The notes: generated from the sequence alone by a model not told the origin. A DNA stretch of 64,000 nucleotides from Octopus bimaculoides (GCF_001194135.2 NC_068983.1:35801227-35865226); one strand, 5' to 3'; shown: positions 1-12,211, counted from the first letter of the stretch. Translations and numbers: made by a program.

Positions 1-2
1 CC

Positions 3-320
3 CTGTTCGTCCACCAGAGACCGAATGGTGGCTTTGTTGCCCTGTTGCGCCTCCGCCACCCGGGCCTCTCGTGCGGCTCCAACACCTTCGTTTCTTAGAG
101 CACGCATCCTAGCCCTGACAACGCACCCTTCGTGTTTGGCGTTGAAGTGTTGGTCAAGGGCCAACCTCGCCGCCAAAACGTCGGATGCGATGCCACTTCT
201 AATTGCCTCTTCTAGCTTCTTAACTAGTTCACCCTCTACTCTGTTTCTGTCTATGGCTAGTGCTTTGCTATACCTAACCGCTTCCGCTTTTATTGCTCTC
301 TTGAGGGCAAACCACCATTT
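3..320 (-). mobile_element. Tx1/L1-clade LINE ORF2 fragment (linker between APE and RT), 5'-truncated, continues off the left edge
   Basis: Manual translation gives 106 stop-free codons: KWWFALKRAIKAEAVRYSKALAIDRNRVEGELVKKLEEAIRSG...KHEGCVVRARMRALRNEGVGAAREARVAEAQQGNKATIRSLVDEQG. This resembles the WW..K..IK...YSK / G..IRSR...E / I..L...G linker of Tx1 ORF2. GC- and CpG-rich compared with the window. Confidence 0.75.
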
Positions 321-329
321 GTTATTGAT

Positions 330-635
330 GATAGATAGATAGATAGACAGGCAAATAGATTGATTGATAGATAGATAGACAGGCAGATAGATTGATTGAT
401 AGATAGATCAATTGATAGATAGATTGATTGATAGAAAGATCAATTGATAGAAAGATTGATAGATAGATCAATTGATAGAAAGATTGATTGATAGATAGAT
501 TGATTGATAGATTGATTGATAGATAGATAGATTGATAGATCGATAGATTGATAGATCGATAGATAGACAGATAGATATCATCATCACACACATCATCATG
601 ATGTATGTGTGTGTGTGTGTGTGTTATACTTACAT

Positions 636-668
<33 letters not shown>

Positions 669-670
669 CA
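330..670. repeat. (GATA/GATT)n array followed by (CAT)n, (GT)n and (CA)n
   Basis: Directly visible tandem repeats. Confidence 0.95.
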
Positions 671-954
671 TGCATGCATGTCATAAAACTGTACGCCCTC
701 AGCTCTTTACAGAGGAGGGAATACAGAAGCAAAAGTATAACATTGGTAGTCCAGATAAAGACACGTGTCTTAATCTGTGGAGTTAAATATCAGATATAGG
801 AAACAGGTTATAACGTAGATGGTCTGCGGTGGAATTAATTTGTAGATAAAACCTTGGTCCAGGGAGCATAAAAATAGAACATAAAAGTTGGGGAATGGAT
901 ATTATTCATGGCTTTGCACAACTAGGTTAATTAGCATTACTAAACAGGGTAAAT

Positions 955-1160
955 AGTGGTGATGGTAGAGTGGTGATGGTGAGAAAGGTGGTGATGGTGG
1001 CGATATTAGTGGCTCTAATAATAGTGTTATTAATGATGGTGATGGTACTGTTACTGGTGGTGCTAGCAGCTATAGCAATGATGGTGATGGTGGCAGTGGT
1101 GATGTTGAGACTGATTGCAGTGTTGGTATTGGTGACTGTGGTATGGTTAGGTTAGTGGTA
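955..1160. repeat. Degenerate (GGT/GAT)n trinucleotide low-complexity tract
   Basis: Directly visible; explains the poly-Val ORF 970..1155. Confidence 0.85.
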
Positions 1161-1318
1161 GCATGGGCCAATAGAGTTTCATAGAAGAAGGGAAGGAAAA
1201 CAAGAGCAGCAGAGACAGAAAGAGGAAAAATAATTGACCATTTCCTTGGTAACAAGATCTCTCAGTAAGTTACTTATTCACTGAAGCTGACATACAAGGT
1301 GTTGTTGGGGTAGACAGA

Positions 1319-1370
<52 letters not shown>

Positions 1371-1506
1371 TGTGTGTGTAGTGGCCAATTAACCACATTT
1401 GAGATACATGTATACACACACTCACAAATATATGTAGATACACACACACACATAGATAGCTACATATATATTGTATGTTTGCAAGTATATACATACATAC
1501 ATATAT

Positions 1507-1611
1507 NNNNNNNNNNNNNNNNNNNNNNNNNNNNNNNNNNNNNNNNNNNNNNNNNNNNNNNNNNNNNNNNNNNNNNNNNNNNNNNNNNNNNNNNNNNNNN
1601 NNNNNNNNNNN
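1507..1611. other. Assembly gap flanked by (TA)n
   Basis: Run of N. Confidence 1.
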
Positions 1612-1639
1612 ATATATATATATATACACATATATACAC

Positions 1640-2487
1640 ACTTGTGGTGCAGTGAATATATTGTCGTTTAAATTACGCAAAAATGAAAATAACACTGACA
1701 TCTCATTTTAACAGATATAATTTTGAAATACTAAAGAGTAAATTTATTCAATAAAATCGCCAAACGACTTTGGAATCTACTGCAACTCTTCTGGACAGTT
1801 TCCTTGTATAAGTTGGTGAATGCTGCCATAATCCTTGCCTTCAGTTCATCTATGGTGTCACAAGGAGTTTTCTTGGTCTCTTGCTCAACTGTGCCCCACA
1901 CATAATAATCAAAGGGGTTGCAGTTTAGGGAGTTAAATGGCCAGATGTTAGAGGTGATGTGGTCACAGAATTTGTCTGACAGCCATGACTGGGTTCTCCT
2001 GTTTGTGTGGCATGGTGCAGAGTCCTGTTGCCAGACATAGGGTCTTCCAGCAGCTACCCTCTTGACCCAGGACAGCACTACTTCTCCCAGGCACTTGATG
2101 TAGACCTCCATGTTGAGACTGAAACTGTGGGAAGATTAATGGAGATATAATCTCGCCATCACTAGTGATCACTCCAAACACCATGATGTTGACTGAGTGT
2201 TTGATTTTTATCACGCTTGGCACATATCCTCAGATTGCACTGTCCTCAGATTGACACTCAAACACTCTGAAATGTTCATATTAGAGCTTCCGGCATGAAT
2301 GCCAAGCAGCACAGCATATTGTTTCCAAATTTCTGGCTGATTGAATTGTGTCATGGGGCTATTTTTCTCACAGACAGTGCACAACTGACCCCACTATACT
2401 GTGTAGTTGACAAAATCAAAAACAAACCATGCGCAAGTGTGAAATTAAAAACATAAAATGGTGACAATTTACCCATCGCACCCTGTA
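1640..2487 (-). mobile_element. Tc1/mariner superfamily DD37D (maT-type) element, internally deleted and frameshifted
   Basis: ORFs 1963..2223 (KHSVNIMVFGVITSDG) and 1731..2111 (WQQDSAPCH...WPFNSLNCNPFDYYVW) are frameshifted catalytic-domain pieces with 37 residues between the 2nd and 3rd Asp. The 5' end reads TA|CAGGGTGCGATGG at 2487-2473; a degenerate counterpart (ggtgcagtgaatatattgtcg) lies near 1646-1666. Confidence 0.85.
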
Positions 2488-2642
2488 TATAACAACACAT
2501 ACATATACACTCACAAGGACACACAAGTTTTTACTATTAATAGACTTGGTCTTTGTGTGCTTACAGAAGCTTTAAAATATCTATCAATTGCAAATATGAA
2601 GATAGAAGTACAAACACACATGCACATATAGAATCAGCTAAG

Positions 2643-3075
2643 CTGTTGTTGTTGTTGTTGTTGGCACTCCGTCGCTTACGACGTCGAGGGTTCCAGTTGA
2701 TCCGATCAACGGAACAGCCTGCTCATGAAATTAACGTGCAAGTGGTTGAGCACTCCACAGACACGTGTACCCCTAATGTAGTTCTCAGGGATATTCAGCG
2801 TGACACAGTGTGACAAGGCTGACCCTTTGAATTACAGGCACAACAGAAACAGGAAGTAAGAGAAAGTTGTGGTGGAAGAGTACGGCAGGGTTCACCATCA
2901 TCCCCTGCCGAAGCCTCGTGGAGCTTTAGGTGTTTTTGCTCAATAAACACTCACAACGCCCTGGGATTCGAAACCGCGATCCTANNNNNNNNNNCACTCA
3001 CAACGCCCTGGGATTCGAAACCGCGATCCTATGACCGCAAGTCCGCTGCCCTAACCACTGGGCCATTGCACCTCC
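2643..3075 (-). mobile_element. tRNA-derived SINE (family A) with 14-bp TSD
   Basis: tRNA-like head with A/B boxes at the right end, (CAA)n tail at the left; TSD tagaatcagctaag at 2629-2642 and 3076-3089. Nearly identical to copies at 9512 and 12862. Confidence 0.9.
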
Positions 3076-3598
3076 TAGAATCAGCTAAGTAATCTATCAA
3101 TATATAATAACATTTTAGAAGTTTATCTAGAAACAAATGGAAACTTTGGTGAAATTTTCAATATCACCATCATAATCATAATAATAACAAACTCCCCCTC
3201 ACACACACACACACACACATTACCACCACCACCAGCACCCCTTTACAGAAACATCTTCTGTTTTATTAATAAAGATGTATGTCATAATATCAGGCATTTA
3301 TCATTTACGATATTTAAATGATCTACATCAGACCACTTCTGGCTCTATGAGACAAAACTCCCAGTTTAAAGTGCTCTTAGCAAAATTTAAGCTTCCTATT
3401 GTAATTGTGTGCATGCATATGAGAGACAGAGAGAGTAAACCATCCTCTATTCACATGGAAGAAACTATGCTTCCATTGTTTTTCCCTCTTCCCTACAGCT
3501 GACGTTATCTGTCACAAGAACCAAGCAGAAATGTGATCCTTTTTCTCTCCCCCCCCCCTCCCCGAGACAGAGGCAGGATTTGAACTCAGAATACACAA

Positions 3599-3920
3599 GG
3601 CATGGCTATGTGGTAAGAAGACTGCTGCCCAACCACATGGTTCCAGGTTCAGTCCCACTGCATGGCACCTCGGGCAAGTGTCTTTTACTATAGCTTCAAG
3701 CCAGCCAAAGCCTTGTGAATGGATTTAGTAGACAGAAACTGGAAGAAGCCCATTATATATGTGTGTGTGTGTGTCTTTGAGTCTGCATTTGCTCCCCACA
3801 ACTGCTTGACAACTGGTGTTGGTACGATTACATCCCCATAATCTAGTAGTTCAGCAAAAGAGATGACAGAATAAGTAACAAGCTCAGAAAGAAAAACGTA
3901 CTGGGGTTGATTTATTGACC
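3599..3920 (+). mobile_element. tRNA-derived SINE (family B; CORE-like gcacct(t)gggcaagtgtc motif)
   Basis: Head ggcatggct.tgtggtaagaag...ggttcagtcccactg. Related copies at about 6455-6750(+), 14876-15230(+), 16620-16990(-), 22668-22953(-), 29340-29510(+), 29985-30250(-), 32050-32170(-), 34888-35060(+), 56690-56786(+). Confidence 0.8.
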
Positions 3921-4140
3921 TAGAAATGCGAAAAGGCAGGAATAAGGGTCACTACTGCTTCAGCTTGTAGTCCTGCACCTGATTGACTCACTAATGATAA
4001 GCATAACTACAGCTGGTTAATTGAAAAATAGAAGCACCTACACTAGGGGTCCTCAACCAGGGTTAGTATGATCCTTGAGAGGTTTAAATAAGATTTAGTT
4101 GCTAAAATTTGTGTGCGATAAAATGGGTTATACTTCTACA

Positions 4141-4563
4141 TCATCATCACCATCATCATCATCATCGTTTAACATCCGCTTTCCATGCTAGCATGGGTTG
4201 GACGATTTGACTGAGACTGGTAAACCAGATGGCTACATCAGGCTCCAATCTGATTTGGCAGAGTTTCTACAGCTGGATGCCCTTCCTAACTCCAACCACT
4301 CCGAGAGTGTAGTGGGTGCTTTTACGTGCCACTGGCACAAAGGCCAGTCAGGTGGTATTGGCAACGGCCACACTCAAAATGGTGTATTTTACGTGTCACC
4401 TACACAGGAGCCAGTCCAGCAGCACTGGCAACGATCTCGCTTGAATGTCTTTACACGTGCCACCAGCACAAGTGCCAGGAAGTCGACGCTGGGCACAGGT
4501 GCCATCACGATTTCGCTTTCGCTTGCCCCAACAGGTCTTCACAAGCACAGTTTCGTGTCCAAT
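4141..4563 (-). mobile_element. RTE-clade LINE 3' end with (GAT)n tail
   Basis: Tail ccaacccatgctagcatggaaagcggatgttaaacgatgatgat. Upstream GHETVLVKT resembles the RTE ORF2 C-terminus seen more clearly at 40130-40245 and 43790-43880. Confidence 0.75.
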
Positions 4564-4781
4564 NNNNNNNNNNNNNNNNNNNNNNNNNNNNNNNNNNNNN
4601 NNNNNNNNNNNNNNNNNNNNNNNNNNNNNNNNNNNNNNNNNNNNNNNNNNNNNNNNNNNNNNNNNNNNNNNNNNNNNNNNNNNNNNNNNNNNNNNNNNNN
4701 NNNNNNNNNNNNNNNNNNNNNNNNNNNNNNNNNNNNNNNNNNNNNNNNNNNNNNNNNNNNNNNNNNNNNNNNNNNNNNNNN
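4564..4781. other. Assembly gap
   Basis: Run of N. Confidence 1.
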
Positions 4782-4809
4782 AAGTCACCTGACAATCAAT
4801 CAAAACCAT

Positions 4810-4985
4810 TTAATTACCTCCGCCAAGGAAGGTTGTTTTCATTGGTGTTGGTTTGTCCATCTGTCCGTCTGTGTGCAAAATAACTCAAAAGGTTGTGAAC
4901 GGTATTTGATAAAACTTACAGGAAAAGTTGGTAATGACACAAGGAACAGATGATGAAATTTTGATGGATTCTTGAAGGATTTTTC
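4810..4985 (+). mobile_element. Helentron-associated (HINE/DINE-1-like) non-autonomous element, 5' part
   Basis: Starts ttaattacctccgccaagg and has a GTCY-type microrepeat (gtccatctgtccgtctg). The cctccgccaagg motif is the inverse of the subterminal motif in the 3' ends at 27860 and 35626. Short copy at 5440-5572 ends gagtgcttttctagt. Confidence 0.45.
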
Positions 4986-5584
4986 ATTTGCTATATTTAC
5001 TTTACATGAAGTATTACAATGTTACACTCTTTGATTATCTCCCTTGAAAACACATCGTTTCCATGTAACCTATGGTGGCGTTGCTGTTTAGAGACAGTGT
5101 TGATGATGACGATGGTTGAGATAAGTATGGGAGGAGGATAAAATTGTATCGGTGGTTATAATGGCGACAGGTACAGTGTGATGTGTGATGCTGAGGTGAT
5201 GGTGGTAATAGTGGTGTTGACGATAGCGTTAGTTGTGTGATGGTGGTATTGCAGTTATACTGGTTGTGTGGTGAAAGTGACTGTCAAGGTAACCGTCATG
5301 ATAACATTGATGGCGGAGTATATGGTTGAAGTGGAAGCAATGACAATGCTGCTGATGATGCTGGTGATTGTGAACTGCCTCAGATGATTCCTGTTTTTAA
5401 AGAGTTTTTTTCTTAAAATCACATGGCTATGTTTTTTTTTTTTACCCCTGCCAAGGAGGTTATGTTTTTGCCGGCTTTGGTTAGGGAAATTGGGCGATTT
5501 TCAGCATGTGTGTATATGGGTGGAAATGAGCTACTTGTCAGAGGTCTGTGCTCTCTGAGTGCTTTTCTAGTCCCAAAATTTATT

Positions 5585-5721
5585 TATGTTTAACTGAGGA
5601 CGCCCAAAAAGATGGTGAGATGGTGTGAGGGCGGTTGCTATGGCATTGAGGTAGATCTGGCCACCCCCATTAATAGGGACAAAACCCAGATTTAAAACAC
5701 TTGATGATGATGATGATGATG
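5585..5721 (+). mobile_element. 3' end of a second RTE-like LINE with (GAT)n tail
   Basis: agatctggccaccccc...cccagatttaaaacacttgatgatgatgatgatgatg resembles RTE 3' termini. Confidence 0.45.
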
Positions 5722-6112
5722 AACTAAATGAATTTAATAAAAGCATCTAAATATGAAACATGAAAATTGTTCAAACTGAAGTTCTTCTTGAGTGACACCA
5801 TTTTCCCAAATGAATAAATAAAATTGAATATTAAGTATTTATAGAATTTTGATTTACTGTCAGGTGACTTTTGGCCAACCCTGTATATTAGATATTGTAA
5901 GCAGAAGATAAACTATGTTTGAAGAAATGGGGATGATTACAATGGCTTTGATTACAAGTCTGCTCATTTAGGGAATGACCTAGGGCTAAACAATAGTAGC
6001 TGAAAAATAGCAAAATGGATGGATGGTAAGCCACAGCAAGATTTGAATACAGAGAATATCATTCTAACAAATCAATGTTTTTTATTAAGTTATGATGCCA
6101 TAATAATAATGG

Positions 6113-6310
6113 TTTCAAATTTTGGCACAAGACCAGCAATTTCAGGGGATTAGATCAATCCCAGTGTTCACTGGTTCTTATCTTATTGACCCCAAAAGAA
6201 TGAAAGGCAAAGTCAACCTCAGCAGAATTTGAACTCAGAACATAAAGACAGATGAAACGCTGCTAAGCATTGAAGCCAGCATGCTGATGATTCTGCCAGC
6301 TTGCTGTCTT
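6113..6310 (-). mobile_element. tRNA-derived SINE (family C)
   Basis: Shared block ctggtac..atcgacccc.aaaggatgaaaggcaaagtcgacctc.gc.gaatttgaactcagaac. Other copies: 11548-11760(-), 19090-19515(-), 19535-19695(-), 20815-21040(+), 21061-21270(+), 28565-28770(-), 37180-37295(-), 37955-38165(-), 45570-45750(+). Confidence 0.8.
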
Positions 6311-7660
6311 ATAATGCCATAATAATGACAAAATTATTTGTATTAAAATCTCCTTAAATTTCCAATTAATTAAAAACTAAGTTAAACATGTATATATTGC
6401 ATTTTGTTTAAGATATGATAGTGAAAAGTTTAAAGCAAAATAAGTAAAGAAACTCCAGACAGGTGTAGCTGTGTGATTAAGAAGCTTGCTTTGCAATCAT
6501 GTGGTTTCAGGTTCAATCTTACATTGTGGCACCTGTGGCAAGTGTATTCTATTATAGCCCTAAGCTGACTGATGGTTTGGTTAGCAAATTTAGTAAATGG
6601 AAACAATGTGGAAGCCTGTTGTAGATTGAGAGAGGGTGAGTGTGTGTGTGTTAATTCTATCCACCACCACTGATGTTGGTTTGATTACATCCCCATAACT
6701 TAGTAATTCAACAAATGAATCTGATAGAATAAGTACCAGACTTACAAATTCTGTATTTTAGAAGAGTCCAAGACCATCCTTATAAAGCATCAATGGTGGT
6801 GGTGGTTATTAATGTACCACTACCCACCTTCAGTAAGAGCTACTTAAGTAGATTTAAGTCATAGAAATAGCTGTTCAGATGAAGTATGTGTCAGGTTTTT
6901 CATCCTTAGTGATCTCATGTTTCTTGTGGAACAGGATGCTGTTATAAGGTTTAAGGACTTAAATCAGTGCAATCCTTATTTTAAGAATGATAAGTAGTTT
7001 GCTGAGAGAGATTAGGATGCTGCACAGAAAATGTTGAATGGCAAATTAGAAGCTTCCCTCCTGATTCAACCTAGTTTTCACTTCATCTGTGGAGCAAGTA
7101 AAAAATCTTGACTAAAGACACAAAGTAAAATCTGGAGATATTTAACCCATAAAGCACTGGGATTTGAACTTACATTGACTGCTGAGCACATTTTATGAAA
7201 ATGAGAGTACCATGCACACATAAAAAACAAAAAAATAGTTAAAATATCTTCTTAGTATATAATGGTAGCAAGTTTTACATCATCTGAAAAGTCATTAGTT
7301 GAACTATTAGTTCTCTTGCATTCTGGGGAGTATTGGAGTGTCTGAGTGATGTTAGTCCCCAACAAATATCCATAAATTAAATGCATCGATCTGGGCCACG
7401 ATCATGGCTGTCGACTTGTGTCTGGTGGCCACAACTGTGGCCTGTCGCACTTTATGTGTTAAGGTTAGTATCCTACTATCATCACATCTCCCATTTATGT
7501 TGCCAGATATTACAAGGGAAGATGCTTACAGTCTTCAAGTTAAATGCCTGCAGATACTTATCAGTGACCTCCTTCGAAATCCATCTTTTCTTCATTATGA
7601 CCTTAAACTAATAAATCACACCTAAGTTCCAGCCACTGATTTACCAATTTAGGTCTAAAT

Positions 7661-7891
7661 CAGTGGTACTCAACTGGGGTCCATATAAGATTTTTTTGTT
7701 AAAGCTTATGTGCAATAAATTGATTATATTTCTACAATACACAAAATACTTTAAAAAATTTTTAACATAATTCCTAATAATATTTAATCATAAAAATATG
7801 AGTTTTTAGACATCAAATGGTTATAAGGGTCCATCTGAGTAAAATAGGAATTAAACAGGATCCATTGGTAAAAAACGGTTGAAAAGCACTG
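7661..7891. mobile_element. hAT-type MITE (Charlie/MER5-like ends) with 8-bp TSD
   Basis: TIRs cagtggtactcaac and gttgaaaagcactg; flanks gtctaaat (7653-7660) and gtccaaat (7892-7899). A related partial end at about 4045-4140 abuts an RTE tail. Confidence 0.8.
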
Positions 7892-7959
7892 GTCCAAATG
7901 AAGAGGATCCTTTTAAGTGGCATGGCTATGTAGACATTGCACGAGACTCTTCAACAAGT

Positions 7960-8220
7960 AGTCCAACAGTAGCCATCTCACTAATGCTAAACATAACTAC
8001 AGCTGGTTAAGTGAAAACAAAAAGAGCATCTACATAGTCATTTCACCTGCAAGAAATTACAGCCAAATCTATCTTATATTAGGCATCATTTTCTTAAGGG
8101 AAAAACAAAAAGAGAGGGATATACAAGATAAGCCATGTTTGAAAGATTAGGATGTCATAAATAAAACATCTTTGATTGCAAGTTTAGTCATCCTGGAGCT
8201 AAACAACAATTGAAAAATAA
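7960..8220 (+). mobile_element. Old SINE-like repeat (family E) with (CAA)n tail
   Basis: Recurrent motif ctagaaatagcagccaaatctccctcaaatcacaccc...gatggtcatggctggaatgcctttgatc...gacctggggctaaacaacaac. Diverged copies near 5860, 9340, 14530, 21390, 23060, 31410, 38760, 39010, 39490, 41860, 42230, 47770, 52220(-), 53030, 56270. Confidence 0.65.
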
Positions 8221-9511
8221 CAAAATATAGCTAGAAAATGACACTGACAATTTTTTCTACTCAATTAGAATAAAAGCTATTTTTTTCTTTAATTCTCTAT
8301 GGTTTAACCTAAAGTTGGATATATAAATTCAGAAGAACTACAAGAATACAACTAAATATTTTTATGGAAATGTTATCATGAAATTAGTAAAAGGTGTGTG
8401 TGTGTGTGTGTGCAAAATCATCTTTTTTTATAGCCTCTTATGTCAATAAGGAAAATCTTTGATAAAACATGTTAAATTTGAGAAATACACAAACAAATAC
8501 AAACATACTCGTTTTGATCAACTTTATAGATATAGCAGTGTGAGAAAAAGAAAGCAGGTGTTGGTTTCCAAAATACCAGAGAATTGAATTCAATCTTAGA
8601 AGTTGGGCAGATAAATTTGTGCATAGACTGATGAAGTGAAATTCTTAGTTTTCACCCAGAGTTGAAGACCAACTGTTCCTTAGTTCTAATCTCACAATCA
8701 ACCATTGCCCTTGTAAGTGGGGCAGTTAATAACATATTTATTGACATAAGGTGAGGGTTTCTAGACTAATGGAGATATTTAGCATATTGACTATAAGCAA
8801 CACAGCAGTTGGCATACCTGATGTTCATAGCCTCAAGATCAAATCTTGCCATAGGCATTGTTGGGAGACAAATATGCAAAGGACTAATAATTAAAAAAAA
8901 AAATCACTTTTTAAGCCTGATTAGTTTTTATGTTCATTATGAAACAAATTTAAGGATTCTTTATTCAGAGCAACACAACTAGATTTTTGTTTCCTTCTTT
9001 GTTCTTCTTCTAAAGCTAATCATTTCAGGTCTCTGTGTGGTTAAGAAATAAGCTTTTGGATCCAGTTTCAGTCCCATTGCACAGCACTTGTCAACAAGGG
9101 ACACTATTTGTAGTTAGTCACCAAGCAAGAAATAACAGCCCTCACAGAGCGAATCAATGATCAGGGATATTCTAATCCAGCCTTGACTAACCCACTTTTA
9201 GGATAGTAGTGCATGACATGCAAAAGATTTAGTTGTTATTTCTAACACTTGAATAATCACATAGCTTTGGCTCTTTTGTTCATCCATAAGATGTTTGACA
9301 CAGGAAACAGTCTAATCACAGAAAACAAGCCAAGAAGGAAGTTTCTACATAGTGACTCAACCTGCTAGAAATAACAGCCAAATCTACCTTAGATCAAACT
9401 CACCTGCCTAAAAAAAAAATACATATATATAATGGGATGCTCACAGAGGAAGGGTCTCTGATCATAGATCTGCTTGATCGGGAATGAAACATAATATGAT
9501 CGCCTATTAAT

Positions 9512-9889
9512 GTTGTTGGCACTCCATTGCTTATGACATCGAGGGTTCCAGTTGATCCGATCAACGGAACAGCCTGCTCATGAAATTAACGTGCAAGTGG
9601 CTGAGCACTCCAGAGACACGTGTACCCTTAACGTAGTTCTCAGGGATATTTAGCGTGACACAGTGTGACAAGGCTGACCCTTTGAATTACAGGCACAACA
9701 GAAACAGGAAGTAAGAGAAAGTTGTGGTGGAAGAGTACAGCAGGGTTTGCCACCATCCCCTGGTGGAGCCTCGTGGAGCTTTAGGTGTTTTCGCTCAATA
9801 AACACTCACAACACCCGGTCTGGGAATCGAAACCGCGATCCTATGACCGCGAGTCCGCTGCCCTAACCATTGGGCCATTGCGCCTCCAC
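9512..9889 (-). mobile_element. tRNA-derived SINE (family A)
   Basis: Head gtggaggcgcaatggcccaatggttagggcagcggactcgcggtcataggatcgcggtttcgattccc with A and B boxes; imperfect TSD gc(c/t)tattaat. Confidence 0.9.
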
Positions 9890-10877
9890 TGCTTATTAAT
9901 ATACAGAACTGAAATAACAGCATAGAATATTTTCTACCCAGTCTATGACTCGATATTGAAGTCTTTCAAAATCAACAACAAGCATGTAAAATCTGATAAA
10001 TTTTGTATCTAAAAATAGAATTCTACAAACTTGACAACAATAAAATAAACATGAAATACATTGATAACATTTCAGGAGCTTTTTGTAGTTAATGGTAAGG
10101 ACCGTCAAAAACTTCATGTTTTGTTTATCACATGGCAGCACATTTAGCTGATAACATTAGTCTGCCATGTATCGTTCTATCTAGTCAGACATAACTCTAA
10201 AATAAAGTGAAGATAAGACATTTCTCAGAAAACAGCTTTGTAAAAAGCAGCTTAAAATTGTGGTAAGCAACATGTATTTTTCGAATATCATATCCTATTG
10301 AATGGGTGTTGAATACTGTAGTCTCTGCAGGTTGCCTAGCAACTACAGAGTGATGCAAAGGTTTAAATCCATCAATAAACCGATTCTCTGATTCCAAGAT
10401 ACAAGAATGCTTTGATAGAGATTTATTACAAATGCAAGTGCTGTTGTATCTTCTGAGATGAAAACACGAAGTAAAAAATTTATAATAGGATTGAAACGCA
10501 TACACATACGTACTCACAAACACATACAACTGTTAAATATTTATGAGGATTTTAGAATTGCTATCCAAATAAAATGTGGAATTTGGTCAAGCCTGAAAAA
10601 ACTTTTGTGTGAGAAATATGTAAAAATGTTAAATCCCATAAAAGAAAAATACAATAAAAATTCAAATCTGCAAATGAATAGCACTTACCTGCAAATCCTG
10701 CAGATTCTAAAACTAATGTTCTATTAAGTTACACGAGGGTCACTAAGCCAGCTAACTTTATCATGGCAATTATGATGACATTTGATCTGAGAAAGAAGCC
10801 ATACGGAGATATTAAGTCACTTCAACCAGAGAGATGTGGAGGGGAGGGCTGACTAACATGATAGCTATTGCTGGTAC

Positions 10878-10910
<33 letters not shown>

Positions 10911-12211
10911 TACCGTCACCAACAACCACACCCCCACAAGAAACAGAAACTGGGTTTCCAGAGAGTTGCATCTGCCTTTACAAATCCAACATCAATCACT
11001 TCCTACTCTTCTGGAAATACTCACCATTTTGACAGCTGTGTTGAAACCAGATGTGAATGAATACTTGCTTTGCAGGACTATCGATGATGACAATGATTAA
11101 CTGATATCAATGATTATAATTATATTGATGAGAAGGATAATGGTGATTATAATGAAGATGATTATAATGAAGATGATTATAATGATAGCTGGCAGTACCT
11201 TTGAAAATTCCACGGTTATTTTGAAAATCTTAAGATGGAATTGTATATTTTTCTGAATTATTTGATTCTTGAGAAGGTGTAAAAGTCCACATTGGTAATA
11301 TTGAAGGTGCAATCTCAAGAAACAATGTCTCTGGAAGCTTTATTCTTATGTCTTCTACTTTGTGAGTTATCTATTATTTTTCACTTTACATCAAGAAGTA
11401 AAAAGAGTTGGTTGTTCATCTTCCATGTCTGTGTTCCCTTCAGTAACATCCTCCCTTTCTTTCTCTCTTTCTGCCTCTCCTTTCAACTTTACTCCCCACC
11501 TGCACTAAATACATTCCTTCGACAAACTATTTAACCCGATAATATACTTTTCTACTCTAGGCACAAGGCCCGAAATTTGGGGGGAGAGGGCCAGTTGATT
11601 AGATCAACCCCAGTATACAACTGGTACTTAATTTATCTACCCCAAAAGGATGAAAGGTAAAGTCGACCTTGGTAGAATTTGAACTCAGAACGTCAAGATG
11701 GGCGAAATACTGCTAAGCATTTTGCCCAGCGTGCTAGCGTTTCTGCCAGCTCACCACCTTATTTAACCTCATAATATAATAGCAATCCATTCTATCTACC
11801 TCTCACCATTAACACACACCCTCTCTCTCTCTCTTTGCCTCTCCCTTCAACTAATCAATCACATGGCAGCATTAATATATAGATTATAATGATGATGAAG
11901 CTTCCACAAGTTATCAAGTAATTTATTTGTATTATATTTCTTTATTTCATCTTTTTCTTATAAAGGAAGAGATTCTGTTAAGCACCAGTCCTAGCTGAAT
12001 AAGTCTCATTGTAGATTTTCCTAGATAAAGTCTGAAGCTAAATATACTTTTCCACTAATTTTGTCAGACCAAACACACACAAGAAAACTATAAGAAAATT
12101 TCACACCTCCATATATACATATATATATATATCTATAAGGTCTTATGGTTATTTAGTTTTCCTATTTGCAGTGTGAATTCTCTTCATCACACTATATTTT
12201 CCTTCCCACAG

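Noticed and set aside
25-342. Plus-strand 105-aa ORF
   Set aside because: It is the antisense shadow of the Tx1 ORF2 frame on the minus strand.
2948-3031. 37-bp direct duplication around a 10-N gap in a SINE
   Set aside because: Typical unmerged contig overlap; assembly artifact.
7357-7625. Open frames on both strands (plus ..DAYSLQVKCLQILISDLLRNPSF..; minus FKVIMKKRWISKEVTDKYLQAFNLKT with a GTAAGC donor)
   Set aside because: Strand could not be resolved, neighbouring splice phases do not join, and the minus frame may be a decayed RTE C-terminus.
9815-9889. tRNA-like sequences (also near 3000-3075, 13170-13244, 44630-44700)
   Set aside because: They have A/B boxes but run into SINE bodies, and I saw no closing acceptor stem; these are SINE heads, not tRNA genes.
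10680-11400. Minus-strand donor-like sites (10689, 11018) suggesting exons
   Set aside because: The 10689 candidate has stops in all frames; the 11018 candidate has only a weak acceptor and no compatible neighbour.
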